Source of the DNA: an uncultured Gemmatimonadota bacterium
GTDB taxonomy: Bacteria; GCA-2686955
DNA: 30,993 nucleotides
Reading direction: 5' to 3'
Assembly (NCBI GenBank): GCA_964490075.1
Contig: CAZBBK010000004.1
Location: 124,001-154,993, forward strand
Shown: positions 8,674-17,641 of the stretch, in pieces
How the letters are laid out: the number at the start of each line of letters is the position of its first letter
Position numbering within the stretch: position 1 is the stretch's first letter
Notes under the pieces: model-generated
What the model was told of the DNA's origin: nothing
What the model saw: only the letters and a program-made list of their open reading frames with translations
Databases searched by the model: none
Position numbers and translations under genes: made by a program

Positions 8674-9968
8674 GCGAAAACGAGCCGCTCCCGGAGCGGA
8701 TCGTGCTGATGCCGATCCGCCCCGACGACCCGGGCGCGGCACCGGAATGGGGCGGTGTCGCGACCTTCTGCGCCGCCCTGGCGAGGCGTCTCGACGCCCG
8801 ATCCGGTCCGCCCTGCGCGCTCCTCTACCCGAGCGCTCCGGAGCCGGAGCCGGAGCGCCGCGCCGGAGCGCCGCGCCGGATTCCGGTGACGGTGGGCGAC
8901 GGACCGTGGGCCGCCCGCATGGCACGCTTCAACGCCCGGAGCGCGGAGCTGCTGGGGGCACGACGCCACCGGATCCTGGCCTGCGACTACTGGGTGGTAC
9001 CGCCCTCGCTGCCAAGCTCTTCGACCCTAACCGCCGTGGTTCCGCTGCTCCCCTCGCAGCTGGCCGCGGTGCTCTTGGCCGAGCGGCTGCCCCGGCCGCT
9101 GGTCCCGCTGGCCGTGCGCGCCGCCTCCGTCGTCCCGTACCTCCGCGGGCACCGGCCGCTATGGGCGGCCTCGCTGGCGGCGGAGCGGGCGGCCCTGCGG
9201 CGGGTCGACCGGCTCTTGCTGCCGGCCCCCTCCATGGTCGACCGGACGCGCGCGCACTGCCGCTCCGACGCGCGCATCGAGCTGCTGCCCTGGGGAACGC
9301 CGGAACCGATCGCGGCGCCGCCGGAGCGCGCGGAGGCCCGCCGGCTGCTCGGACTCGAGCCGCAGGCCAAGCTGATCGTGACCCTGGGCCGCATCCATCC
9401 CCAGAAAGGGCTGGTGGACCTGGTCCGGGCCTGGGAACTGCTCGAGCCGCCGGCGCCGACCCTGGCGTTGGTCGGGCCGGTGGCCGATCGGCGCCTGGCG
9501 CGGCGACTGGAGCGCCTGGCCGCCGGTCGCGGCGACGCCCGCCTGCTCCTGCCCGGACCGGCCGATCAGACGCGCTGCGCGCTCTGGCTGGCCGCGGCCG
9601 ACGTCTACGCATCGGGCGCGCTGCACGAACCCTTCGGCCTGGCGGTGCGCGAGGCACTCCGCGCCGGGGTGCCGGTCGCGGGGCTGGCGGTCGACGGCCT
9701 GGTGGAGGTGCTGCGTCCGCCGGGGGCGATTGCGGTGGCGTCACAGCCGGCTGGCGATCGCGCCGAGCGCTTGGCCGGCGCCTTGCGCCGATTGCTGGAG
9801 CGACCGCCGCGGCCCGCCGAGGTGGCCGCCGCGCTGCCGGCCCGCACTCTCGCCGACGCCGCCGAGGACGCGCTGCGGCGCGCCTGGGACGAGGGGGACG
9901 AGGCGGACGAGGCAGGCGAAGCGGGAGCGGGGACGGAGCCGGGGGCGCCGGGAGAGGACGCAGGGTGA
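8670..9968 (+). CDS. GT4 (GT-B) glycosyltransferase
   Basis: LGRIHPQKG and ADVYASGALHEPFGLAVREALRAGVPV (ExFG...EA motif); GTGA coupling. Confidence 0.85.
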   Translation: MSENEPLPERIVLMPIRPDDPGAAPEWGGVATFCAALARRLDARSGPPCALLYPSAPEPEPERRAGAPRRIPVTVGDGPWAARMARFNARSAELLGARRHRILACDYWVVPPSLPSSSTLTAVVPLLPSQLAAVLLAERLPRPLVPLAVRAASVVPYLRGHRPLWAASLAAERAALRRVDRLLLPAPSMVDRTRAHCRSDARIELLPWGTPEPIAAPPERAEARRLLGLEPQAKLIVTLGRIHPQKGLVDLVRAWELLEPPAPTLALVGPVADRRLARRLERLAAGRGDARLLLPGPADQTRCALWLAAADVYASGALHEPFGLAVREALRAGVPVAGLAVDGLVEVLRPPGAIAVASQPAGDRAERLAGALRRLLERPPRPAEVAAALPARTLADAAEDALRRAWDEGDEADEAGEAGAGTEPGAPGEDAG

Positions 9969-11524
9969 GCGCCGGCAGGGCCGGGCCGACGCCGTCCGCC
10001 ACCGCCGGCGCGCTGCTCCTGGTCTACCTGGTCGGGGCGCTGGTGGTGTGGCTGCGCTCGCCGCCCCACGGCATCGACGACGCCCATATCTTCTATCGCT
10101 ACGCCGAGAACCTGGCCGCCGGCAGGGGTTTCGTGTTCAATCCCGGCGGCGAGCGGGTCGAAGGGGTGACCAGTCTGAGCTGGGTGGCGATTCTGACCGG
10201 CGCCGTGCGGCTCGGACTGCCGGTCGACGCGGTCGCGCGGGCGCTCGGGGTTCTCTGCGGCGCCGCGACCGTCGTCCTGAGCTACTTCCTCGGGCTGCGG
10301 GTGCTGGGCTCTCGCCGGGCGGCGGCCTGCGCCGGTCTGGCGCTGGCGCTCGATCCCGGCTTTCTGGTCTGGAGCGCGGCATCGGGGATGGAGAGCGCGC
10401 TCTACGCCTTGCTGGCGACCGGGTTGCTGCTGGCGGCGCTCGGCGGACGCCCGGGAACGACGGCGGCGCTGGCGCTGCTGGCGGCGCTCACGCGGCCGGA
10501 GGGGATCGCGCTGTGGCTCCCCACGGTCGCGATCCTGAGACGCCGCGGGCGCCACCCCTCCGGACGACTCGCGGCACCCTTCGCGGTCGCCGCTCTGGTC
10601 CTCGGGTTGGTCTTCGCCGCTCGCGTCGGCTACTTCGGCCACCCCCTTCCCAACACCTACTACGCCAAGGTGCACGGGCTGCACCTGCGCGCCCTCGCCG
10701 AGGGGGTGGTCTACTGCCTGGGCATGGCGACGCGTTACCACCTGATCCTGGCGGCGGCGCTGGTCGGGGCGGTGGGTGCCCTGCGCGCCGGGCGGGGCGA
10801 GGGTGCGGTGGTCGCGACCGGGGCCTTCGTGGCGACAGGGTTTGGGACCTATGCGCTGGCGGGAGGCGACCATTTCGCCGCCTGGCGCCACTTGCACTAC
10901 GGCTACCCCGCGCTGGTGGTGCTGGCGGCGGCGGGGTTGGTGCGGGGAGCGCGGGCGTGCGGGGGGCTCGACGCGGGGGGCGATCTGTCGCGGCGGACGG
11001 CGCGGGTCGCCGGGCTGGTGATCGTGCTCTGGGCGGCCGGCAACCGGAGTCTTCTCGGGGCGCTCGACCTGGAGCTCGATCTGGCGGCGCGCGGGCGCGA
11101 GGAGGGGGCGTACTTGCGGGACTGGGCACCGCCGGGAGTCAGGGTAGGAGTGTTGCTGGCGGGGGCTTTGCCCCATGCCTCGGGGGTGCAGTGCTTCGAC
11201 CTGCTGGGGCTCAACTCCACCGCGGTCGCCCACGCCGCGAAGCCGCGCTTCGGGCACGGTCCCAAGAACCACGAGTCGTTCGATCGCGAGACATTTTTCC
11301 GGGTCGCGCCCGAAATCGTGTGGCATGGTCTGGAGGTTGCCGGCGGGCGTTGTGCTCCGCATGCCGTCGAGCAGATGCTGATGCAAGGGCTGCCGGACGA
11401 CCCGCGATTCGAGGCGCTCTACGAGCCGCGGCTGCTCACGCTCCCCGGCGGTCGTTCCCACGCCTTCTTCGCGCGGCGCGACCTGGAGCTGGAGTCGAGC
11501 GTGCCCTGTGCCGCGGCGGATTGA
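9965..11524 (+). CDS. Polytopic GT-C-like membrane protein (putative glycosyltransferase)
   Basis: DDAHIFYRYAENLAAGRGFVFNPGGERVEGVTS, SGMESAL, LTRPEG, PLPNTYYAK, FDLLGLN. The start is the GTG 9965 overlapping the upstream TGA; the ORF-track start 8204 is an over-extension. Confidence 0.8.
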   Translation: MSAGRAGPTPSATAGALLLVYLVGALVVWLRSPPHGIDDAHIFYRYAENLAAGRGFVFNPGGERVEGVTSLSWVAILTGAVRLGLPVDAVARALGVLCGAATVVLSYFLGLRVLGSRRAAACAGLALALDPGFLVWSAASGMESALYALLATGLLLAALGGRPGTTAALALLAALTRPEGIALWLPTVAILRRRGRHPSGRLAAPFAVAALVLGLVFAARVGYFGHPLPNTYYAKVHGLHLRALAEGVVYCLGMATRYHLILAAALVGAVGALRAGRGEGAVVATGAFVATGFGTYALAGGDHFAAWRHLHYGYPALVVLAAAGLVRGARACGGLDAGGDLSRRTARVAGLVIVLWAAGNRSLLGALDLELDLAARGREEGAYLRDWAPPGVRVGVLLAGALPHASGVQCFDLLGLNSTAVAHAAKPRFGHGPKNHESFDRETFFRVAPEIVWHGLEVAGGRCAPHAVEQMLMQGLPDDPRFEALYEPRLLTLPGGRSHAFFARRDLELESSVPCAAAD

Positions 11525-11566
11525 GCAGAAGCTGACGCGCCGCGATCCCTTCAAGAATCGGAGGCG

Positions 11567-11944
11567 ATGGACGATCTCCTCGATGATCCCTCCATGCCGC
11601 GTGGCTTGATCGAGATGCGAGGGGCTGTCACCGACGAGGAGATCCGAATGGAAATGCGGGTGCCCGAAGTCATCGCGGGAAAGAGCGCCGATTGCCAGGT
11701 GCGTGGATTCACGAAGGAGCCGGGAGATCTGATCGAGGTCGGTGAGTATCTCGGCGAGCTGAGGGTGGAGTACGACGAAGGCGACTTCACCGATTGCCCG
11801 GTCCTCTACTACGGGGATCTGGTGGCGAGGGCGCGGGGGGTGCTGGTCGAATCCCGTGTCGAGCAGGTCAGCAAGCAGGGGGACGTGCTGGCGATCGTCG
11901 GGGATCGGCCCGGGAGCTTCTCGCTCGAATTCGTCACGTTCTAG
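11567..11944 (+). CDS. Stand-alone biotinyl/lipoyl-attachment-domain-like protein lacking the acceptor lysine
   Basis: GGAGG RBS; MEMRVPEV...KEPGDLIEVGEYLGEL...ARARGVLVE...GDVLAIV follows the lipoyl-domain pattern; the hairpin is YDEGDFTDCPVLYYG with no Lys. Confidence 0.6.
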   Translation: MDDLLDDPSMPRGLIEMRGAVTDEEIRMEMRVPEVIAGKSADCQVRGFTKEPGDLIEVGEYLGELRVEYDEGDFTDCPVLYYGDLVARARGVLVESRVEQVSKQGDVLAIVGDRPGSFSLEFVTF

Positions 11945-11957
11945 GCAGGAGACAGAG

Positions 11958-13556
11958 ATGGAGCGCTGCAAGCTCGTCATCGTCGATCTCGACGGCACAC
12001 TTTGGGATGGGATCCTGTTGGAGGATGGGATCGGAGGACTGTCGCCTCGAGCCGAGATGGTCGCCACGCTGCGCGAGCTGGATCGTCGCGGGATCTTGCT
12101 CTCGATCGCGAGCAAGAACCACCCCTAGGACGCCCACCGTGCCCTGGAAGAGCTCGGTCTCGCCGATCTGTTCGTCTTTCCGCAGGTCACTTGGGATCCA
12201 AAGTCCGATGCGGTCGGGCGAATACTGAAATCGCTACGTTTTTCTCCAGCTCATGCGATCTTCGTGGACGATACGGCGTACGAGCGAGAGCTGGTGAAGG
12301 CGATGATTACGAAGATCACGGTCACCACGCCCGAGGAGTTTCCCGGTCTGGCGAGCGGCGAGGGATTCACCGGTTACGCCACCGAGGAGTCGGGCGCCCG
12401 CAAACAGTTCTATCGTGACGAGGAGAAGAGACAGAAAGCGGAAGCCGCCCACGAAGGGGCCTATCGGAGTTTCTTGCGGGAGATCGGTCTCGAAATCCGC
12501 ATCGGCACGGCGACCGATCGGTGCGCGGGTCGGGTGGCGGAGCTGGTGCAGCGCACCAACCAGATCAACTTCTCCAACAACCGCTATGACCAGGAAGAGG
12601 TGCGCGCGCTCCTCGATTCCCCGCGGCACCCTTCCTTCGTCGTCTCCGCCGAGGACCGCTTCGGACCGTACGGAATTATCGGTTTCGCTTGCCTCCGTGA
12701 CCGGGGCGATGGCTCGCTCTTCATGCAAGATCTGATGCTCTCGTGCCGAATACAAGGGCGCGGCGTCGAGAGCGCGCTGATTGCGTCGCTCGCGAAGCTG
12801 ATGGCCGATGGCGGACATCGGAGGCTGGTCGGGCTCTATCGATCCACCGAACGCAACGCTCATATCGCCAACGTATATACGCGACTCGGTTTCGAGCCGA
12901 TCGAGCAGGAGGGCGAGGGACAACACTTCGCCCTCGATCTCACCGGGGCTTTGCCTGCGGCGCCTTCGCATGTGCGCGTCGTTCACTGTGAGGATGTGGC
13001 GGCCGAGAAGAACGAGGGCATTCCTTTCATTCGCCGGATCGTCGAGGACTTGGTCAAGCACGACGTAGTGACCGGCAAGATCATCGATGTGGGCGCGGGT
13101 TGGGACGGCGTGCTGGGTGAGGACTGCGATTCCTGGCTGAGTCGCGGGGACAACAGCCACATCCGACTCGATCAAGAGGCATATCCCCGCACCGACATCG
13201 TGGCGAACGCGCAGGATATGCCCGATGTCGAGACGGAGACCTTCGATTCATTGCTCTGCCTCGAGGTGCTGGAGCATTGCACCAACCCCTTCGAGCTGAG
13301 TCGGGAGATCATGCGTGTCTTGCGCCCTGGCGGCGCAGCCGTCATCTCCGCGCCCATGAACTACGTGATCCACGAACACCCAGGGGATTACTGGCGCTTC
13401 ACCCCCGACGGACTCAAGATCCTGTTGCAAGACCAGGCCGAGGTAGTTCAGGAAGACGTCGAGGGCGACCCGGAGCACCCGGTCCGGACCGTGCTGACGA
13501 TTCGCAAGCGAACCAGCGCTTCGGCCCGTGCCGACAGCTCTTCCGCGATCGCTTGA
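11958..13556 (+). pseudogene. fkbH: FkbH-like HAD-IIIC/GNAT glyceryl transferase fused to a class I methyltransferase, interrupted by an in-frame TAG at 12126-12128 (nonsense allele or read-through)
   Basis: AGGAG RBS; DLDGTLWDG, LSIASKN, FVDD..YE, ELVQRTNQIN, DRFGPYGIIG, LSCRIQGRGVE; then IIDVGAG, EVLEH, PGDYWRFT. The frame is continuous on both sides of the TAG (532 aa if read through). Confidence 0.8.
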
Positions 13557-15238
13557 TTGAAGCGGTCGTTGGGGTGGTGGTCGGGGTGCAGCCACCTGCC
13601 GAGCTCCTTGCCTTGCTCTCCGTTCAGGCATCGGTAGCCCACGAAAAGAGCGCCCCTCGCCTCCGCGATACGGCGGATCGCCCGGTCGAACTGTGCGTGT
13701 CGCTCGGCCTGTAGGCGGCTGAGAGCCGGCATCGGCAACATGCCGAGATATGCCTGGGTCGCGTCCGGGCAATGATGAGACAAGATGTCCGCGAGCTCAT
13801 CGAGTGTCGCCTCGAAGCGCTCGGGCTTCGCTTGCGGCTGGTACTCGTAGACCCGATGGGGGTGAACCCGGGGAACCCGACCGAGCTCGAGGAAGTCGAT
13901 CCCCGCCATGACCCCTTTGCGTTCGATCAGATCGGTTCGGCCGAGACAGATTGCGATCAGGTCGGGCGCGAACGCGGCCAACTGGTCTCCCAGTGTGTGC
14001 GCGACGGTTTTCGCAAGCGACACACTGGCGCGGGGGGATGCGAGATTCCAGAGCTCAACGCTACGCCAGGCATAGATCCGCCCACGAGAGAAGAGGTAGT
14101 CCTGGCTCCAGGGCTGGGCGCTCAGCGGCGCGGTCTCTCGGGATTCTCGCGCGAATCGCTGCTCGATGAGCCACATGAAGCGCGCGGGCCACATGCCCTG
14201 GATCTCGTAGCGCTTCCGGAGCATGGCGGTCCATTCGGCATGAGCGTCGCGGGATGCCTTCGCGGATCGTCGGCGGTTCGATTCGCTGGCGCCGATGATC
14301 AGCACGCGAAATGGGTCGATGCCCTGGCTCGGCTCTTCCAGGCGGACGCGGGGAAGAGAGCGTTCACGGGTAGCCGTCGCCGAGTGATTCCTGGTCGGAA
14401 CCGTCTCGCCTCCCGGTCGCTGCGGAGCGAGGGAGCCGGGTCGGATGGCGCGCGCGATCGCGGCCGCGGTGGCGGCGTGGTGCTTTTCGGCGGGGAAGCC
14501 GTCCGGCAAGAACCACCCCTCGTTCTCGGCGGTGCTGCGCTCGGAGATCGACAGGGGCGGCAGGTAGAGGTGGCCGACTCGCTCGGCCGCCGCCTGCGCG
14601 GCGTTCCGGAAGCCGGCCAGGCGCTCCCCTTGGTCGCCGATCGTCCGGGGATCGAGATCGAGTCCGAGGACGACTCCTCGCGCGTTCGGGCAGCACTTCC
14701 GGAGCACCCGCGCGAAGCGCGTGAGTGTCGCGCGAAAGGCCTCGACTTCTCGCAGTGCTTCGAACTTGTAGTGCATCTGGGGCTCGAACAGGTGGGACTC
14801 ACCGGCCTCGAGAAGATCGCTGCCCTGGAGCGAAAGATCCTCGCCGCGGAAATCGTGACTCCCGACGCAGGTCACCACCAGGTCCGGATCGAATGCCTGG
14901 ACTCTTCTGAGGAGGGCGGCCAGCAGGGCTTCCAGGCAGGTGAGCGTGGCACCGGCGATGGCGACGTTCCACAGTCGGCCGTGCTCCCAGTCGCTGGTCT
15001 TTCCCGGCCGCTGCAGGGCGCTCCGGTGCCGCGAAAGGGCCCGGTCGTCGGGAGCCGCCAGACCGCGGGCAGCGGCGTCGAGATGGGCCATGAGCAAGGC
15101 GGGCCAGCTCCCCGGGGTTCGGTAGCGACACCGCAGCTCTTCCATCCAGATGCGGTGCGCATCGGCGCTCCACGAGAGCGGAAGGGCGTTGGTGGTCTCG
15201 CTGCCGCCCAGAGCGAGGACTTTGAACGGTTTCGACAT
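13448..15238 (-). CDS. Tandem SGNH/GDSL-hydrolase-like protein (two domains, no signal peptide)
   Basis: Duplicated blocks: VLALGGSE / VLIIGASE, LWNVAIAGA / LWNLASPRA, FDPDLVVTCVGSHD / FAPDLIAICLGRTD, PDGFP / PDHHPN. GGAG upstream of ATG 15238. Confidence 0.7.
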   Translation of the reverse strand: MSKPFKVLALGGSETTNALPLSWSADAHRIWMEELRCRYRTPGSWPALLMAHLDAAARGLAAPDDRALSRHRSALQRPGKTSDWEHGRLWNVAIAGATLTCLEALLAALLRRVQAFDPDLVVTCVGSHDFRGEDLSLQGSDLLEAGESHLFEPQMHYKFEALREVEAFRATLTRFARVLRKCCPNARGVVLGLDLDPRTIGDQGERLAGFRNAAQAAAERVGHLYLPPLSISERSTAENEGWFLPDGFPAEKHHAATAAAIARAIRPGSLAPQRPGGETVPTRNHSATATRERSLPRVRLEEPSQGIDPFRVLIIGASESNRRRSAKASRDAHAEWTAMLRKRYEIQGMWPARFMWLIEQRFARESRETAPLSAQPWSQDYLFSRGRIYAWRSVELWNLASPRASVSLAKTVAHTLGDQLAAFAPDLIAICLGRTDLIERKGVMAGIDFLELGRVPRVHPHRVYEYQPQAKPERFEATLDELADILSHHCPDATQAYLGMLPMPALSRLQAERHAQFDRAIRRIAEARGALFVGYRCLNGEQGKELGRWLHPDHHPNDRFNQAIAEELSARAEALVRLRIVSTVRTGCSGSPSTSS

Positions 15239-15387
15239 CTGCACTCCGAAAAAAGGCGCGGGGCGCCGAGATGGGAAGTCGTTCTTGCGCGGTTCTCTGG
15301 CTGATCGACGATCCCTTGGAGCGCTGAACCCGCCTTCGTTCGCCAGCTCGCGCCGCGACAGGACGCTCACTCCGAGCGCACGTGAGC

Positions 15388-15537
15388 TTGACATTTTCCG
15401 CACCGAGCGGGGTTCAGTTTGACAGTCGACGCCGATGGGTCGCCGAATTGGGCCTCTGGGGCGCCTCTGGGGGCCGAATCGGGCTCCCAAGAGCCCAAGA
15501 TGTCAAACTGAACCCCGCTCGGTGCGGGAGATGTCAA
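15388..15537. repeat. 150-bp element with 37-bp inverted arms (35/37 match) around a 76-bp spacer; MITE-like or invertible element
   Basis: 15388-15424 TTGACATTTTCCGCACCGAGCGGGGTTCAGTTTGACA versus 15501-15537 TGTCAAACTGAACCCCGCTCGGTGCGGGAGATGTCAA. Confidence 0.9.
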
Positions 15538-15577
15538 ATTCGGGTGGGTTGGGCGTGTTCTCGGGGCGTTGTGCCGC

Positions 15578-16828
15578 TCACGCCCCCCGGCGGCGGATCC
15601 CGCGCCTTCTTCGCGCGGCGCGACCGGTGCCTGGAATGGAGCTCTCGCTGTCGTGGGGCAGCATCCGGCGCAGCAGGCGATCGTAGGAGCCGACCATCGA
15701 GTCGACGCCGAAGCGGAAGCGCGCGGTGTCGCGGGCGGCGCGGCGCAGCTCGGGGAAGGAGTCGGGGGATTGGAGCAGGCTCTCGAGGGTGCGCAGCCAG
15801 GCCGGGCGGTCTTCGCGGTCGAGGATGAAGCCGGTCCGGCCGTGCTCGATCAGGTGCGGCAGGGGGCCGACCGCGCTGGCGACGACGGGCAGGCCGTGGG
15901 CCATCGCCTCGACGGCCACCAGCCCGAAGGTCTCGTAGTGGGTGGGATGGAGCAGAGCCCAGGCCGAGCGATAGAGGTCGGCCATCTGGTCGAAGGGTAC
16001 GCGCAGGCGCAGGTTGAGCCAGTGGTCGTTGCGGTGGCGGCGCACCAGGCGCTCGGCCAGCGGGCCGTCGCCGGCGATGGTGAGACGCAGATCGGGGATC
16101 CGCTCGCGGAGCACTCGGGCCAGCTCGATCGCCTCTTCCACCCCCTTCCAGGGGACCAGGCGGGCGACCACGAGGAGCTCCGGGGTGCGCGAGCGGGCGT
16201 CGGGATCGGGCGTCTGGTGGGCCTGCACCGCCATCGGGATCGCGGTGGAGGGGGCCGGGGTGTAGCGGGCGGCGGCGGGGCGCGACTCGTCGTCGAAGAG
16301 GACCACGCGGTCGAGACGCCGGTAGCGGCGGCGCAGGCCGCGATCGACCAGGGTCAGGCCGGCTCTGGTCGCCAGAGGAAGGTGGGGCCGCTCGGGCATG
16401 CGGGCACGATGGAAGAAGAGCAGCTCGAAGAGGGGGTCGGCGCCGAACACCGCCGCGACCGGTCGGCCGCGGGCGCCGCCCAGGGCGGCCAGCGCCCCGA
16501 CCTGGAAGTCGAGCGCCAGCCAGAGGTCGACGCGATCGGTGAGCGATCGCACCTCGCGGGTCAGCGCTCTGAGCAGTAGCGCGCGGGCGCGTCTCGATTC
16601 CCAGCCGCGGGCCCAGGGGTGGCGGGCCCAGCGCACGCGCACCTGGTCGGGCCAGTGCTCCAGGAAGGGTTCCGGTCCCACCAGGGGAGCCACGACCTCG
16701 ACGCGCCAGCCGCGGCCGGGCAAGCCCTGGGCGAGCTGGGTCGCCAGTCGGGCGCAGCCGCCGATTCGAGGCAGGAAGCTGTAGGAAACCAACCCCACGA
16801 CCGGCTCGGGGCGAATGGGCTCGGACAT
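15578..16828 (-). CDS. GT4 glycosyltransferase
   Basis: SYSFLPRIGG, VARLVPWKG, IAGDGP, YETFGLVAVEAMAHGLPVVAS; GAGGA RBS before ATG 16828. Confidence 0.9.
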   Translation of the reverse strand: MSEPIRPEPVVGLVSYSFLPRIGGCARLATQLAQGLPGRGWRVEVVAPLVGPEPFLEHWPDQVRVRWARHPWARGWESRRARALLLRALTREVRSLTDRVDLWLALDFQVGALAALGGARGRPVAAVFGADPLFELLFFHRARMPERPHLPLATRAGLTLVDRGLRRRYRRLDRVVLFDDESRPAAARYTPAPSTAIPMAVQAHQTPDPDARSRTPELLVVARLVPWKGVEEAIELARVLRERIPDLRLTIAGDGPLAERLVRRHRNDHWLNLRLRVPFDQMADLYRSAWALLHPTHYETFGLVAVEAMAHGLPVVASAVGPLPHLIEHGRTGFILDREDRPAWLRTLESLLQSPDSFPELRRAARDTARFRFGVDSMVGSYDRLLRRMLPHDSESSIPGTGRAARRRRGIRRRGA

Positions 16829-16926
16829 GAAGTCCTCTTGCATCGCGACGCCATCGGGGGGGGGAAGCTCGTTCGGTCCTGGTAAGGATAGCTTCCCCGG
16901 CCTCGTCTTGCGCTGCCGACAAGCAA

Positions 16927-17006
16927 AGGGCCACCCAACCGCGGCGGGGAGTCCGACGGTGGGGCGGCCCTGGCGAGCCGCGCAGGAGGGGGGTGGCGCG
17001 GCTCGC
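16927..17006 (-). terminator. Two tandem hairpins downstream of hsp20; the second is followed by a T-rich tail
   Basis: Perfect 11-bp stem 16973-16983/16996-17006; 15-bp imperfect stem 16927-16941/16957-16971 followed on the minus strand by TTGCTTGT. Confidence 0.55.
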
Positions 17007-17034
17007 TGTAGTTCTTGCTGGTTGGAGGTCAGCG

Positions 17035-17472
17035 CTAGCGGCGAGTGATCGGCAGGCTGCGGGGCTTCGCTTTCTCCGACTTGGGCAGGCGAATCTCCAG
17101 CAGGCCGTTGTGGAACTCGGCGCCGGCGGCCTCGGCATCGACGCCGCGGGGCAGGCGGAAGCTGCGCGTGAAGCTGCCGCGGCGACGCTCGATTCGATGA
17201 TAGGTCAGCTCTTCGCTCTTCGCCTCCTGCGAGGTCTCGCCCTTGACGGTCAGCAGGCCGTCCTCGACGGTGACGCTCACCTGGCTCTCGTCGAAGCCGG
17301 GGATCTCGAGCACCAGGCGGTGGGCGTCGGCGTCCTCCAGCACGTCGGCGCGGGGCAGCCAGCCGCCGGCGGCGTCGTCGGCGCAGGCGGGGGCGTGCCA
17401 GAGGTCGGAGAAGAAGCGATCGATCTCGTTGCGAAGGGCGGGGGCGGCGGGATTCCAGGTTGCGAGTCTCAT
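17035..17472 (-). CDS. hsp20: Hsp20/alpha-crystallin small heat shock protein
   Basis: WLPRADV, EIPG, LTVKGE, ERRRGSFTRSFRLP, AEFHNGLLEIRLPK; GGAAGGA RBS before ATG 17472. Confidence 0.95.
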   Translation of the reverse strand: MRLATWNPAAPALRNEIDRFFSDLWHAPACADDAAGGWLPRADVLEDADAHRLVLEIPGFDESQVSVTVEDGLLTVKGETSQEAKSEELTYHRIERRRGSFTRSFRLPRGVDAEAAGAEFHNGLLEIRLPKSEKAKPRSLPITRR

Positions 17473-17595
17473 GACGGGTTCCTTCCGAGGGGGATGTTCC
17501 GGCTGAGGCCGGGTTCGGCGGCGCGGCCGGTGGATGCTGGGTGTGGGGCGGGGCCCCGGTCGATGCGAGGGTTTCTCGCGTTCGCTGGTCGCCTT

Positions 17596-17612
17596 TGCAA
17601 CCGGCGGGCCAA
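17596..17612 (-). promoter_or_regulatory. sigma54 (-24/-12) promoter of hsp20
   Basis: Minus strand TTGGCCCGCCGGTTGCA versus consensus TGGCACG-N4-TTGCW; exact GG-N10-GC spacing. Confidence 0.75.
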
Positions 17613-17641
17613 CTCGGAGCGCAGGTGCGGCGGAAAGACAA

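Noticed and set aside
8204-9964. N-terminal extension of the 1106-aa ORF
   Set aside because: Overlaps two real genes in other frames; the membrane protein starts at the coupled GTG 9965.
15388-15537. TTGACA hexamers as sigma70 -35 boxes
   Set aside because: No acceptable -10 element at about 17 bp on the minus strand toward the SGNH gene.
17473-17585. RNA thermometer in the hsp20 leader
   Set aside because: No ROSE or fourU motif pairing with the SD was recognisable by eye.
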